From NCBI GenBank assembly GCA_030390025.1, contig CM059432.1, positions 61,506,001-61,570,000 of the forward strand: 64,000 nucleotides of DNA. Direction: 5' to 3'. Position numbers and translations under genes: made by a program. Of this stretch, positions 1-13,122 are shown one piece after another. This DNA is from Squalus acanthias (taxonomy: Eukaryota). Numbering within the stretch: the first letter of the stretch is position 1; each line of letters opens with the position of its first letter. The notes beneath the pieces were generated by a model. That model ran no database searches and was not told the DNA's origin. It was given only the letters and a program-made list of their open reading frames with translations.

Positions 1-164
1 TTCATTTTTCTATTTTTTAGAACTCTTCCGCTGGTAAAAGCAGGCCGATCGCAAGTTCCGGGTTTTTGCGCATGCATTTCGCATGCCTAAACCCGGAACT
101 TGTGAGGCCCCTGCGGATGCGTGTACACCTCGTACGCAGCCGTAGGGGCCGAAAATTATGGCCC
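1..164 (-). mobile_element. End of a Harbinger-type hairpin MITE (same family as 37133-37891), truncated by the window edge
   Basis: Terminus AAAATTATGGCCC ending at 164. Reverse complement follows the 5' end of 37133-37891 (TIR, GTAC hairpin, then CCGG..GCATGC..GCATGC..CCGGAACTT hairpin). Confidence 0.65.
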
Positions 165-298
165 ATTGTTTTAACAGCTTTAACAATACTGTGGATAAAA
201 ATCCTATTTCCACAGTTATCATTTCCTATGTACCAGCACTTTTTTCCCCATGGGACTAGTTGTACAGTGTTATAAGTTTATTAATTGTTTATTAATCC

Positions 299-628
299 GT
301 CTTTCAGATGGGACATTAAACCGAGGCCCCATCTGCTCTCTCAGGTGGACGTAAAAAATCCCATGGCACTATTTCGAAGAAGAGCAGAGGAGTTATCCCC
401 GGTGTCCTGGACAATATTTATCCTTCAATCAACATCAATAAAACAGATTATCTGGTCATTATCACATTGCTGTTTGTGGGAGCTTGCTGTGCAAAAATTG
501 GCTGCCATGTTTCCAACATTACAACAGTGACTACACTTTAAAAAAAAAGGACTTAATTGGCTGTAAAGCACTTTGCAATGTCCAGTGGTCATGAAAGGTG
601 CTATATAAATGCAAGTCTTTCTTTCTTT
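299..628 (+). mobile_element. DeuSINE (AmnSINE1/SacSINE1-like), 5'-truncated
   Basis: Deu-domain-like AAACCGAGGCCCC...CCCATGGCACT...CCCCGGTGTCCTGG and 3' tail AAAGGTGCTATATAAATGCAAGTCTTTCTTTC. Similar copies elsewhere in the window. Confidence 0.8.
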
Positions 629-1296
629 TGAATTGTTGGGTGCTTCACTCTCAGTGGGTGCCCGACTGTCACTTTTCCTCACTCAGGCTGACCATATTTC
701 CTGCTTTCCTGTGTAAATGCTGATTCAACTCTGATTTTCGGGCTAATCTCAAATCTAATGGCCGTGAATTTGCCGGTGCTCGGAGGACAGGTTTGGAGGC
801 AGGTCGGGAGTAAAAATCAAAATGATTGATGGCGGGTTGCTAACCCGCCGCCATCCCACCTCCACGCAACTTTGCAATGTGTCGGGTCTGCGAGTCACAA
901 TCAGACCCGACACCAAACGGTGGGAGAGGCACTTAAGGCAGTTAACAGCTTGTTAACTGCCTACATAATGCCTTTTTAACAGGCTCTTCACATTTTAAGA
1001 AATTTTCAGCGTGTTGCCCATCGTGCGACAAACACGCCAGCTGATTGTGCCGGGTTCAGCAAGGATCTGAATTACTGACAGCTGCTCCTGCAGCATAAAA
1101 GCAGAGGTGCAACATGGCTGACTTTCAGACGACAGAACTTAGTGCTTTGAGGTTTTGGAACACCTTTTGCAGGTCTTTTGAGCGTGAGTGTTTAAGCTGA
1201 AATCCATATGCACTTTGACCTCCTTGGAAGACCCTCTGGCCACATTGACTGAGCGCTTATAACATCTCTTCCTCAACTGAGATATATACCAGCAGG

Positions 1297-2517
1297 ATGG
1301 GAACCATTTATACCCTCTCATCCTGGTCCTCAGAATCGGAGGAAGAACAGCTGCGGCAGCAGCAGAACCGTTCACCACAGCTGCAGCAACTACAAGAGCG
1401 CTAAGCTTCTCCCCGTTCACCTGATGCTGCACAGGGCAGAGACCGTCAGCACAGGGCTGCACCTCGCCACAGGAGATACCCACAGCACAGGGTTTACAGG
1501 CAGAGGATGAGCTTCCTCAACATGAGTGAGCAGCATTGCCAAAGGAGGCTGAGACTTTCGCGAGAGGTAGTCGCTGACATCTGCACAATGCTGCAACAAG
1601 ACCTGGAACCCAGAGGAGCGGGTGGACACCCCTTACCAGTCGCTGTCAAAGTCACCACCCCCAACTCAACTTCTTTGCTTCAGGGTCCTTCCAGGGATCA
1701 TCAGCAGACATCAGCAGCATCTCCCAGTCGGCCGCACACACTTGCATCATGCAGGTTACCGATGCCCTCTTTGCAAAGGTGCACAATTACATCCACTTCT
1801 CCATGGATGAAGCAAGTGTAACCGCGCGTGTGGTTGGCTTTGCAAATATGGTGGGCTTCCCAAGGGTGCAGGGCGTCATAGACTGTACACATGTGGCCAT
1901 TAGGGCACCCCATCACAACCCGGCTGTATTTGTCAACCGCAAAGGGCTTCCACTCCCTTAACGTCCAGCTGTTGTGTAACCACAGACAGAACATTATGCA
2001 TGTTTGCGCCAAGTACCCTGGCAGTTGCCATGACTCGTTCATCCTGCGGCAGTCTACTGTGCCTCAGCTCTTCAATCCGCCAAGACAACTTTCCGGATGG
2101 CTACTTGGAGACAAGGGCTATCCCCTGAAGTCATGGCTAATGACACCGATGAGGAGGCCAGCAAACGAAGCTGAGGAGCGGTACAATGTGAGCCACATTT
2201 CCACCAGATGCATCATTGAGAAAACCATCGGCTTGCTCAAAATGCGATTCAGATGCCTCGACAGATCTGGTGGAGCCCTACAGTACGCCCCAGCCAGGGT
2301 CTCCAGAATCATAGTCGTCTGCTGTGCCCTGCACAACATCGCACATCAGCATGGCTTAGCGCTGCCTGAGGAACAAGTGGCTCGGAGGAGGAGGAGAAGG
2401 ATGAGGAGGAGGAGTCGGCAGATGAGGGACACCTTGCGGGAGTGGATATGCCAATTTCACCAGCACATTGCTGGCCGTGAGGCAAGGAATGCACTCATCC
2501 ATGCCAGATTCGCGTAA
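1297..2517 (+). pseudogene. Harbinger DDE transposase (HARBI1-like); one in-frame stop and two frameshifts
   Basis: ATG 1297 is in frame with ORF 1507-1821, with TAA at 1402. Motifs [17 protein letters not shown](F)[46 protein letters not shown] and CCALHN are spread over three frames. Confidence 0.92.
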
Positions 2518-2779
2518 GTTTACGCATCAACCACATGTGGCTAGCACATGGAAATGAATGTCTAGACGACCTTCTTAACACACCATACATCATCTGTACA
2601 ATAAATTGTGGTTTCCACCATCATTACACATGAAAGGCGCCCTGACCCCTCACTGTGCAACTTCCATACAATCAGGATGACAAACGTTACTTTGTAAGAT
2701 AAGAAAACATCCAAGTGACTACCCTTGTGACTATTTGTCTGTTCACTTTCTCTTACGCATGCTTCTATGTGATGCTTCC

Positions 2780-4590
2780 CCTGTGGCTTCAGCAGATGTA
2801 GAGGCACCTTGCTCACTTCTATGCTGCGCCTGCTTAGACGCCTTTGGCAGGTGTCGTCTGGGTTTGGGAGCCTGGGAGGACTCCGCAACAGTCTGCTCTT
2901 CCTACAGCTGTGCAGGGACTGAGACGGCCATCTCGGTTGGGTGCGGAATCTGGGGCTCTGACCGAGGGCTCCGCAGTGGCATGGTCGTGTGAGCGCTTGG
3001 AGAGGAGCCGACACTTCCTTGTTGTCGACCACCAACATCCCTCTCATGGGTCACCCGCACTTCACTGCTAGCAAGTGGCTGGAGAGCACCTTGCTGCACA
3101 TCAGTGGGGCCATGAGGACCCATCTCTGACAGTCCTCATAATGGGGGCGTCCATGTACCTTTGGTGCCTCTCCTCAATAGATGCCCATCTATCCTCCATA
3201 GCAGACCATCTATTTAGAAGAGTCACCATGCTCTGTTGAGTCTAGCGATTTATGTCCTCCGTGGAGGTTGCCATCCTTTCCATGGTGGCACAGTCATTCG
3301 CCATTGCATCCACCACGGCAATGCTCATGTTTGAGATAGACCCCTCCATTCTCTGCACACTCGCTGTTACCGTGGATGCAAACCCTGTCAGAGACTCCTG
3401 CACTGAAGTTCCAGCACCACTCTCTGCCTGGATGGCCCCAGAGGCACAGCGTCTACATGCAGCTGAGCAGAGCTAGGAGCGTCCTGCGACTTCCGACGAG
3501 GACTCTCCACTGCTGTCGCTGTCCCCACCATCTGCTGATGCTCACTAGTGAGCTGTGATACACCAGGTGACAACACTACTCTATGTCGCGAAGGACCCAC
3601 CGAGGTGTGCGTCTCTGCGTGGGTACGCTGATTTCTGGTGACGCTGCTCCCTCAGAGGCTCCAGGTTCCTCTGTGGAGTCGTCCGGCTCTTCTTCCTGGA
3701 CAGTGGGGAGGGGAGCTCTCAATGGTTCTGTGGGGGAGTAAAGGCATGAGTTGGACATGTGATATTTAGGTACCAGAAACATCCTCATTGCAGATGATCA
3801 GAACTCAGTCTGTATGAACATCAGATGCCATATCAGTCACTCATGAAATCTAAATGAGAGAGTTGCAAATCTTTTCTGTCACCAGCTTGCTCTACTGCGC
3901 CCGTCTCTCCGTCCCCCACTTCCAGCTCCAACGATGTCGTCAGCAGCCTCCTCAGCACTTGTTAAAGTGGCCAGGGATGGTGGGCCTCCTCCTGTCCTCA
4001 CTCTCTCCCTCTTATTGTGGGCTCTCTTTTCCTGCAAAGAGGGACACAAGTGGAGTTTCAGCAAGATTGATGGAGTGAGTGTGAAGAATCCATAACATAG
4101 AAGCTTAGAGGGAGACAAAGATGGAGTGAGGTGCCAATACCAAGGTGCCTCCCTGTGCGTTGTTAGATGTTGTCATTGCATAACAGTGAGAGTGAGTGTG
4201 AGGCGTTATTCTGTACATAGAGAGAGATAGGTAAGGGTGCAAGGGAAGTAAGGGTAAGGTGGGATGTGGAGGAGTAGGCTGACAATGCAGAGTGCTGGTG
4301 ATGAGAACAGATGGGAAGCAGATTGAAGGTAAGTGTGATGTTATACTCACTTTTGCTGAGCGTAGCAGATCATTGAACCATTTTCGGCACTGCACCCAGT
4401 TGCATGAGCACAAGGACCTTGCGTTTACCTCCTCAGCAATTTGCAGCCAGGCTGCCTTTGGCTGCTGAGGAGGCTTCCTCTGGCCATTGGGAGGGAACAG
4501 AACCTCCCTGCACACTCTTACTCCCTCCACAAGAGCATGGAGGGAGTCATCATCAAAACGAGGAGCAGCCTTACATCTTGGAGCAGTCAT
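2780..4590 (-). pseudogene. Harbinger Myb/SANT-like DNA-binding partner gene (NAIF1/MSANTD-like), 3 exons, decayed
   Basis: Exon 1 4590-4351 (APRFDDDSLHALVEGV..AWLQIAEEVNA..WVQCRKWFNDL) with GTGAGT donor. Exon 2 4031-3883 (EKRAHNKRERVRTGGGPP). Exon 3 from 3727, acidic/low complexity with frameshifts; 3' end approximate. Confidence 0.8.
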
Positions 4591-4910
4591 GTTGCAGTGG
4601 GCCCTTTTCAGGAGCAGCACAAAGGAAATGAAAAGCAAAGGCTACATGGACCCCTTAAAACCACCTGAATCGATGACGGCAGCAGAGGTGAGCAGCAGAC
4701 CGGCACCCACTGATTGGGCCGGGTAGCATGCACGGCGGTCTTAATGAGCCCAGTTAAATCAAAATTGTTATTTGGGAGCGGCTGAAACCGGCAGCGGGAC
4801 CGGAAACCGCCCGCCAACCAACCCGCCTCCTGTGGCAAATTCGCAGCCAGAGTCTTGAACATTATTGTAAACTAGCAAGACAATCAACTGGCCCTACATA
4901 ATGACACCTT

Positions 4911-6480
4911 GGGCTGGATTTTCTTCCGGTATCTCGTCCCAAATTGGCCAGGATAGCAGTGGAAATAGTGAAAAATGGGGCGGTAAGGCCTATCTGTCTC
5001 CCTGCCCCAATCTTTTTCCTTCCACAGGGACAGCCTTCCCTTCCCCACCTGTTGCATCTAATTGACGGGTGGGGAAGCGGGTCCAGAAGACTGCACCTGT
5101 CTTCAATCCGTTCTGCCACTGGTGTAGGAGTCCCTGGGGCAGTGGCAGAAGGTTCACTGATGCTCCTTTTGGAAAAGGATAATGAGGATGTAGAGGAAGC
5201 CCAGTGATTGCCAGATATGGTAAAACACCATTGGTGTAGGCGGGCATGAATCTGCAGATACCGGTAGTACCGCATTTCAAAACCAAGACGTTCATATCTA
5301 GAGTTTAGTGTTAAAATCAGTTTCTATGCCACCAAATCTTTTCAGGCTACTTTGGAAGAAACGTGTCATAAGAGTAAATGTACAGCTCACTGCTGTATTT
5401 AACAGGTGACAGATGCCCTCCTGTTTCCCCATCAATGCATCAAAACAACAGGAAAGTACAATCCAGTTTTATCTGGCAGGATATCCCCAGATCCAGGGGG
5501 TCATTGACAAGACCCCTTGCAGAGTCCCATGGACTTTCTGAATAGAAAAGGGGTGGATTCAAATATGTGCAGGTTGTTTGCAGTGTCTACCGTATCATTA
5601 TAAATGTCAACGCATACTACTTGTGAAGCTACCATGACATATTTATTTTAAGTTTCCGTAAAGTATTTAACTCATGTCGAGGATGTAAATGAGGAATCCA
5701 GGAACATGTATGAGATGAAGGAGTCCACTAGCCATAATTTATGATGAATGTCCGGACCAGGCTGTGGTTGAGCCTGGAGCAAGTAGCATCTCCAGTACAG
5801 ACTGCAATAGAGGGCCCTGACAGAGGGTCTACGGGCAATTGTTACTGCAGGCTGTTGCCGATGAGGCCTTAGGCACCTATCTCTTCTGCTCTCCAATCTA
5901 TAGGGGGTTGGAACCCAGACAACTCTTTCGAATAGCGTTCAAAGATCTGATTGCAACCATTGTGATCATTACCGCTGAGTACAGTTCAGGAGCAATTTGT
6001 TCCCAAAAAGAAAAGCACTATAACTTCCAGAGCTACCGTTTAGGTGCTACCTGTCTTAAAGGGACAAGCTGCTCTCATCAACAAATGTCTTTATTGCTGG
6101 CCTACTAAATTAGAAATAGATTTCCAGCTTCAGAAAATGTTGCAGAATGCTGTAACTCATTTTGTTCACTGATGAATAAGCCTTCTCAAGATGACTTATT
6201 TGAAGGCAGAAGAGATACAACAACCACAAACCTCCTGGCTAGCGGCTGAAGATATTTGCCTGGCCCTCACCAGAGCCACCAACTACTTCAATAGAAAGGG
6301 CAGGAATCCTCCTTCTACCTTTTCATACAATAACACCATCCCACAATCAATACAAAGTGAATTCTCAGTCAAATCTGGACTCTTCTCCTATTCTCAAACC
6401 TACAGTGTACACCCCCACACTTCTTGTCCCTGTTAATCTGTCATAAAAAAACACCAACAGAACAGTGATTGAGCACCAAC
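4911..6480 (+). mobile_element. Old degenerate Harbinger element (transposase remnant about 5300-5660 on +, probable Myb remnant on -)
   Basis: Starts GGGCTGGATTTT, the same TIR as 35877. Remnant peptides FYATKSFQ..HCCI*QVTDAL, GYPQIQGVID and FLNRKG. Right end uncertain. Confidence 0.6.
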
Positions 6481-6790
6481 AGTGATTTATTACAATGCTT
6501 ATGTGACCGTTTCATCTTTATCGCTAAAATGCTTCCCTCTTACCCACTTTTTCCACAGTAGTGTTCTGAATGCATGGCTACCTACCCTAGTGCTCCTTTT
6601 ACATGAACTTCAACTGATTTACTGCCCATTTTGGGATAGATTTGGGGTACAAAACTGAGTAATATTGAACAGTAATAGCTACCACATGAATTCCGCCACT
6701 AAAAAATTGCACCCTTATTACCTCTAAAAACCCATCATTCCCCTTTAACCCCTATTGATAGGCCGCCCCACTGCATTTAAATGGGTCAAA

Positions 6791-6898
6791 GAAGAAAGAC
6801 TTGTATTCATATTACACCTTTTCTGACCTCGGGATGTCCCAAATGTCTTGCAGCCAATGAAATACTTTTGAAGTGTAGTTACTGTTGTAATGTAGGAA
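6791..6898 (-). mobile_element. DeuSINE 3' tail fragment
   Basis: Reverse complement of the SINE tail (AAAGACTTG.ATT.ATAT..CACCTTT...GCAGCCAATGAA.TACTTTTGAAGTGTAGT). Confidence 0.7.
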
Positions 6899-8106
6899 GT
6901 TGTAATGTTGTCAAGAGCACTTGCCATCCTCCCACACTCCATTTTCCCCAAACCTGCACCAATTTATGACTGCCATATATAAGTGGTGGTATGAGCTGAG
7001 GAGAGGTATCCCTGAGGCAGATGTCACTTTGAAGAGACCACTTTGTTTGCTACAGTTGAAGATTGGTGCTACTTTGTACATCAATTTCAGTTGTTTGGTG
7101 CGTGGAGAATCTGTCCAGACTTGTATTGCCCTGTTTAGTCAGCTGTATAGAATGTTCACATTTGCACTGGGGACAGAATTTCCCTCTGTGAATCCCTCTA
7201 TTCCAATGATTTGAAGAAGAGGAGATGGAAGAGACTTGATTGGACACTTTTAGAGTGAGACCTCACAGAAGGTGTCTGCAAACACATACCCACTCGCCAG
7301 GATTTACAGACCAAGAAGTTAAATGCAAGTTGTTGTTGTCTTAGATTTTTCTGAACTTCACAGCCTCAGAGGGCTGTTGAGAAAAGAGGATATAGCGAGT
7401 TAAAAGAAGGTCGGAAAAGGGTAGCTGGGATTAGCGATATCCGTGAATTACTGCAGTCTCCTAAACTTTCTTAATTGCCTTCAGATGTTGGAGAGAAATT
7501 TCCCACAATGTTTGCTAAATTGGTCTTAGATTTTTTTCTCTTGCCTGGGTGTGTTGTGCAGGCTGCACCATGTCTGGATTGGATAGGTTTGATGGACCAA
7601 ATTGTCTTTTCCTGACCTTTTTCATAGGCTTTGTTACAATGCTAGGCATAGCTACAAAATAAGTGGAAAAATACAATATCGAATTTCTGATAAATTGATA
7701 CAGGATATATCCTACATCCAGCAATCTCCATTTCCAGAATTTGTAGGGCAGCCTCTTTAAATTCTGTATGCTGCTCTGTCCAATAAGGAGAAAAGTAGTG
7801 TTGAGATGCTGAAAGTTTGAAGAACATAGACCCAAGACCTAAGTGCCCGCTCTGAATCTAAACGTGTGTGTGAGTAATCATGCATCAAGATTTTATTGGA
7901 AGCATGTTTTGTGGGCACAACTTTACGACAGTCATTCTAGACTTTAGTGGCAGTTATGAAGTTTGATCTACAGCTACATGGGCATACATGAAAATCTATG
8001 AAGGAGCTGTAAGGTTGTCTGAGTGCTTTGTATTTGGCCTCAGCCCAAATGAGACAAAACTCTATGTGGCATGTAAACTTTGTCCATCTATTTATTTTAT
8101 AAAAAA

Positions 8107-8562
8107 AGAAAGAAGGATCTTGCATTCACGTAGCACCTTTCACGTCTTCAGAGCATTCCAAAGCATTTCACAGCCAATTAATTATTTTCAAGTGTCGTTA
8201 CTGCTGTTTTCTAGGCCAACACAGCATCCAGTTTGTGCACAGCAATATGCTACGTACAGATAAATGATCAGTAAATCTGTTTTTGGTGGTGTTGGTTGAG
8301 GAATAAATATTGGCCAGGACTCCAGGGGTCTCCTGCTCTTCTTTGAATAGTGTTATGGGATTATTTGCATCCACCTGGACAGGCCAGTAGGCTGTAGAAA
8401 TAACTTTTTTCTGAAAGATGGCACCTAAGACAACGCAGTACTCCCTCAGTACTGCATTACAAAGTGTTAGCCTAGATTTTGTGCTCGAGTCCTGGTGTGG
8501 GGTTTGAACTCACAACCTTTTGACTTCCAGGCAAAAGTGCTTTCACAGAGCCAAGCTGACAT
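8107..8562 (-). mobile_element. Full-length diverged DeuSINE with tRNA-derived head
   Basis: Tail at 8107-8200, Deu domain, B-box-like GAGTTCAAACCCC (about 8499-8511, minus strand) and head TGTCAGCTTGGCTC matching the copy at 51812. Confidence 0.75.
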
Positions 8563-8784
8563 TCTAAGAAAGTTATCTTAACTTGGCAGCAATGTTCCCT
8601 CTAATTTTTTTTGTACTGAGCGGGCCACGAACTCCTTTGAGTGCGACCTTTTCATCCGTGAGCAAATTTTAAAACAACAACAATTTTTACAACAACATCA
8701 GCAACCACTTAAAAGCATATATAGAGTAATGCCATATTGCTACCCCACCGTCTCAAATCATGAGACAATCAGACATGGTTCTAT

Positions 8785-9063
8785 ACAAGTTTAACATAAC
8801 TTCGCTGCTTTTGAATTCTATTCATCTAGAAATTAACCCCAGTGCTTTATTTGCACTTTTATGGCTTTTTAACCTGTGTTGCTACTTTTAATGATTTGTG
8901 AATCTATACCCCTAGATCCCTTTGCACCTCTGCTCCATTTAGCCTCTTATTTTCCAAGGAGTAGGTAGCCTCCTTATTCCTCTTACCAAAATGCACCACC
9001 TCACACTTATCTATATTGAAATTCATTTGTCATTTACATGCCCATTCTGCAAATTTGTTTATG
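8785..9063 (-). mobile_element. CR1 LINE ORF2 fragment
   Basis: Similar to 9785-10060 (region around WQMKFN..KCEV and FISRGIE). Confidence 0.75.
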
Positions 9064-9205
9064 GTAGAATTAATTAAAAGCTTTTAGTTTGTCATGTACA
9101 AACTCTATTTAATAAAAAATTACTTGTCAAAAATGACTGGGATATAAAAGAACTGCATGATAATGCATTAACACTTCAGAAACGTCACTCAGTTACACGG
9201 TTATT

Positions 9206-11035
9206 ACATAGGATTATATAGGATATACGGCACAGAAACAGGCCATTCGGCCCAACCAGTCCATGCCGCGTTTATGCTTCACTCGAGCCTCCTCCCGTCT
9301 TTCCTCAACTAAATCTATCAGCATAACCCTCTATTCCCTTCTCCCTCATATGCTTGTCCAGCCTCCCCTTAAAAGCATCTATACTATTCGCTTCAACCAC
9401 TCCCTGTGGTAGCGAGTTCCACATTCTCACCACTCTTTGGGGAAAGAAGTTTCTTCTGAATTCCCTATTGGATTTCTTGGTGACTATCTTATATTGATGG
9501 CCTCTAGTTATGCTCTTCCCCACAAGTGGAAACATTCTCTCTGTATCCACTCTATCAAAACCATTCATAATTTTAAAGACCTCTATTAGGTCACCCCTCA
9601 GCCTTTTTCAAGAGAAAAGAGACCCAGCCTGTTCATCCTTTTCTGATGTGTATACCCTCGCATTTCTGGTATCATCCTTGTAAATCTTCTCTGCACACTC
9701 TCCAGTGCCTCTATATCCTTTTTATAATATGTCGACCAGAACTGCACGCAGTGCTCTAAGTGTGGTCTAACCAAGGTTCGATACAGGTTTAGCATAACTT
9801 CCCTACTTTTCAATTCTATACCTCTAGAAATAAACCCTAGTGCTTGGTTTGCTTTTTTTATGGCCTTGCTAACCTGTGGCGCAACCTTTAGTGATTTGTG
9901 TATTTGTACTCCGAGATCCCTTTGTTCCTCTACCCCACCTAGACTTGCACCCACCAAGTGATAAGTGACCTCCCTATTCTTCCTATCAAAATGTAATACC
10001 TCACATTTATCTGTGTTGAACTTCATTTGCCAATTATTTGCCCATTCTGCAAGTTTATTAATGTCCTCCTGTAATTTGTTGCAGTCCTCCTCAGTATTAA
10101 CTATCCCACCCAATTTGGTATCATCCGCAAATTTAGAAATTATGTTTTTGATTTCAAAGTCTAAATCGTTAATGTAAATTGTGAACAGCAGTGGTCCCAG
10201 CACTGATCCTTGTGGAACACCACTACCCACCTTCTGCCACTGTGAATAGCTACCCTTTACTCCCACTCTCTGTTTTCTGTCTTGAAGCCAGCTAGCAATC
10301 ATTCTGCTACTTGTCCTCTGACTCCGCATTCTCTGACCTTATTCGTTCGTCTATTATGGGGTACCTTATCAAAGGCTTTTTGAAAATCTAGATAAATTAC
10401 ATCTACTGCATTACCATTGTCTACTCTCTCTGTTACCTCTTCAAAAAATTCAATAAGGTTGGTCAAGCAAGATTTTCCCTTTTGAAATCCATGCTGACTA
10501 TTCATTATTATACTTTTCATTTCTAGATGTTCTTCTATTCTCTTCTTTAGTAGGGATTCCATTATTTTTCCTACCACCGATGTTAAGCTGACTGGTCTGT
10601 AATTCCCTGGACATGTTCTATTCCCCCTTCTTAAATATAGGTATTACATTAGTTATCCGCCAGTCCTCTGGCGCTACACCTTTTTCTAACGAATTATTAA
10701 ATATGTGTAGTAATGCCTCTGCTATCCCTTCCCTAGATTCTTTTAAAATGCGTGGATGCAATCCATCCGGACCAGGGGTTTTATTCTCTTTGAGTTTGAT
10801 TAGTTTATTTAATATATCCCCTTTTTTATTTTAAATGCACTTATCTCATTACTCATCTCATCACCCAATGTCATGTCCACCTGTTCTATCTCCCTGGTAA
10901 ATACCGAAGCGAAATAATGATTTAATATTTCTGCCATCTCCCTATCGTTACCTGTGGTATTGTCCTGTCTGTCCCTTAATGGCCCTATTCCCATCCCAAC
11001 TTTCCTTTTTTTATTGATGTGCCTGTAAAATATTT
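9206..11035 (-). mobile_element. 5'-truncated CR1 LINE (RT C-terminal half + 3' UTR)
   Basis: ORFs 10299-10577 ([15 protein letters not shown]), 9598-10329 (GVPQGSVLGP, FADD) and 9305-9568. ATCCTAT-type tail at 9206-9226. Confidence 0.93.
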
Positions 11036-11785
11036 AATATCGACAAACAATCCAAAAGCCCAAGGTGAGCTGAAAGAGGCATATCTATTCATGCAATTTG
11101 TATTAATTTTAAAGTTTTCATCCCTCATGTCACTATAGCAATGGCTGCACAAGCAGCAGGAGCAGCGGCTTTCCTATGGTGCTGATGTGCTGTACGTCCA
11201 CATAAGTAATAAGCAACCAGACAACCAACAAATATAAAGTGCTGTAGTTCTTTAGTTCACAGTATTCAAAAAGAATTGAACAAAAATGGGTATCCGTATT
11301 TCCAACTTCAATTACTACCATTAATAAATGTATTCTTGAACCAGCACCACCCCCATGTAACATGTCAGAAATGCAGCACTTATTCACAAGTGCAGAAAAA
11401 CACATAACGCAATTTGCGTCACCGAATTAAAAACAAAAAGCAGGAAAAGCTATGATTTAACAGAAATAAACATTCATCTTTCTTCCTGGACAGGAGAACC
11501 AATCAGAGTGACTTGGAAATGTTAACTAATATGTTAACGTAAAGATGTTAATTTACAAATTTCACTTCTAATGTTTTTCTCTCAAACATTCTCCACAATA
11601 TTAATCCCTGCTCTTATCATGAAAAGTGTTGAATTATTTTAGGTACTTCCCAATTAAATAGTGGGAAACAAATGTCATTGTACACTCAATTTTTAATCTC
11701 CTATTTCAAACATTTATACCAAATCAAAATTGTACATTATCAGTTTAATCAAAGTATTTTCTGTGTCATTCTCAATAAACATATA

Positions 11786-12075
11786 CAGTAAACTCTTGTT
11801 TAAATGGCACTTTATCATCCGGAATACTTTAATAACCGGCAAAATAGATATATCTCAATACAAAACAACACTTCAATAACCGGTAATCTTGCCGAATCCA
11901 TCCATTTAATGGAACATTCTGTAGGTGAGTACCCAATTATACAGTACATTTCTTGATTTTGTATTTTTGTTTGTGTTAAAAATTGCCTTGGTAGGTATAC
12001 CTCTCTGTTATCCAGAATTTTTCATCAACCGGCAGCATCCTGGTCCCAAGGGGCCAGATAAGAAAGAGTTTACTG
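11786..12075. mobile_element. Tc1/mariner (Tigger/pogo-type) MITE
   Basis: TIRs CAGTAAACTCTT / AAGAGTTTACTG flanked by TA on both sides (11784-85, 12076-77). Confidence 0.8.
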
Positions 12076-12408
12076 TAGTAGTTTCTTCTAAAGTAGCTCC
12101 CTGCAATTTTTATACATCATTATATAACTCGTGTTTCTATTAACACTCCACTAAACGTTTAAGAGAAAATCTATATTTACATTATTCCTGGGACTTGTTA
12201 GGACTTTAGAACGACAGACAAAATAAAATGGTTTGTGTTTTTCCCCTTTTTTGGTTCTCTTCCTAAACGTCTTAATATTTTTTAATAAGTCAATAAAAAG
12301 TAATATGTAACTCCTACAAATCCTCCCTGCACTCCCCCTCCTCAACAGCATGGTTGCCTGTTTGTGTAAAGCTACTCACTTCAGTTGATCGTTCAAAATC
12401 AAATATTG

Positions 12409-13122
12409 GGCCGTGAAATTCGGCTCCTTTGTGCCTGCTGTTAGCGCCTCCAGGGGGCGCTAACGAGGCGCAAAGGACTTATCGCCCGGGCGGAGGCAGC
12501 GCCTCCCGAGAAATTCGGTGGGGCGCTAGCTGATAGCGCCGTGCCCCCACCAGTATCATCCCAGGCCACTGTGCCGCCAGTGATGATGTCATCGGCGTGC
12601 GCCGTGACCCCTTACCGCCCCACTGCGACCCCTTACCGCCCCGTGGCAGAAATTCAGCTGCGCCCCGCGAGGCTGCCGCGTGTGGTGTCAGCGCCAGTGT
12701 CGTGAGCCGGGCCGACCTCCGCTCGCAGGGCGCTAATTAAAGGGAGTGCGGCCGCAACCCACGCTGGCATTTTTTTTTGCCGACCTCCAGGTCGGCCCTC
12801 CGTGGCAGCCCTTGGCATGGTCCATGGCCGCCATCGCGCAGCCCAGAACCGCACCTCGGTGCCGGGCTGCAGCCAGAACACCGCGCCGCCCTGGTGGGCT
12901 AGTGTGGGCCATTGGAGGCCCTGCAGAGCTCACAGCGTCCTTCCCCTTTAATGGAAGGGGAGGGGCGCTGAAATGTGTCAGCGTTACACGGAGCGCTCTA
13001 CTTCCTTGCCGGGGCGGTAAGCCGAATTTAGTAGCCAGGGCGGTACTTCCGCACTGGGCTCTAAATCTCCAGCGATAATTCAGTTACTGCCCCCAAATGG
13101 GGCATAAACGAATTTCGCCCCT
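12409..13122 (+). mobile_element. GC-rich Harbinger-type MITE
   Basis: Ends GGCCGTGAAATTCG / CGAATTTCGCCCCT with probable TTG TSD. Subterminal TTAGCGCC..GGCGCTAAC palindromes shared with 29809, 32101 and 32765. Confidence 0.75.

Larger units (their letters stand above)
759..4849 (+). mobile_element. PIF/Harbinger DNA transposon H1 (transposase + convergent Myb/SANT gene), decayed
   Basis: TIRs TGGCCGTGAATTTGCC (759-774) and GGCAAATTCGCAGCCA (4834-4849), 14/16 match, enclosing two convergent genes. No clean TSD. Confidence 0.85.

Noticed and set aside
1297..2517. Host HARBI1 gene
   Set aside because: Has a stop and frameshifts, lies within TIRs beside a Myb partner, and is multi-copy in the window, so it is a transposon copy.
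6630..7640. Possible further Harbinger 5' remnant and old CR1 3' UTR
   Set aside because: Only faint similarity (YPLARIYRPR; GATGGACCAAA..GTCTTTTCCTG), too degraded to delimit.
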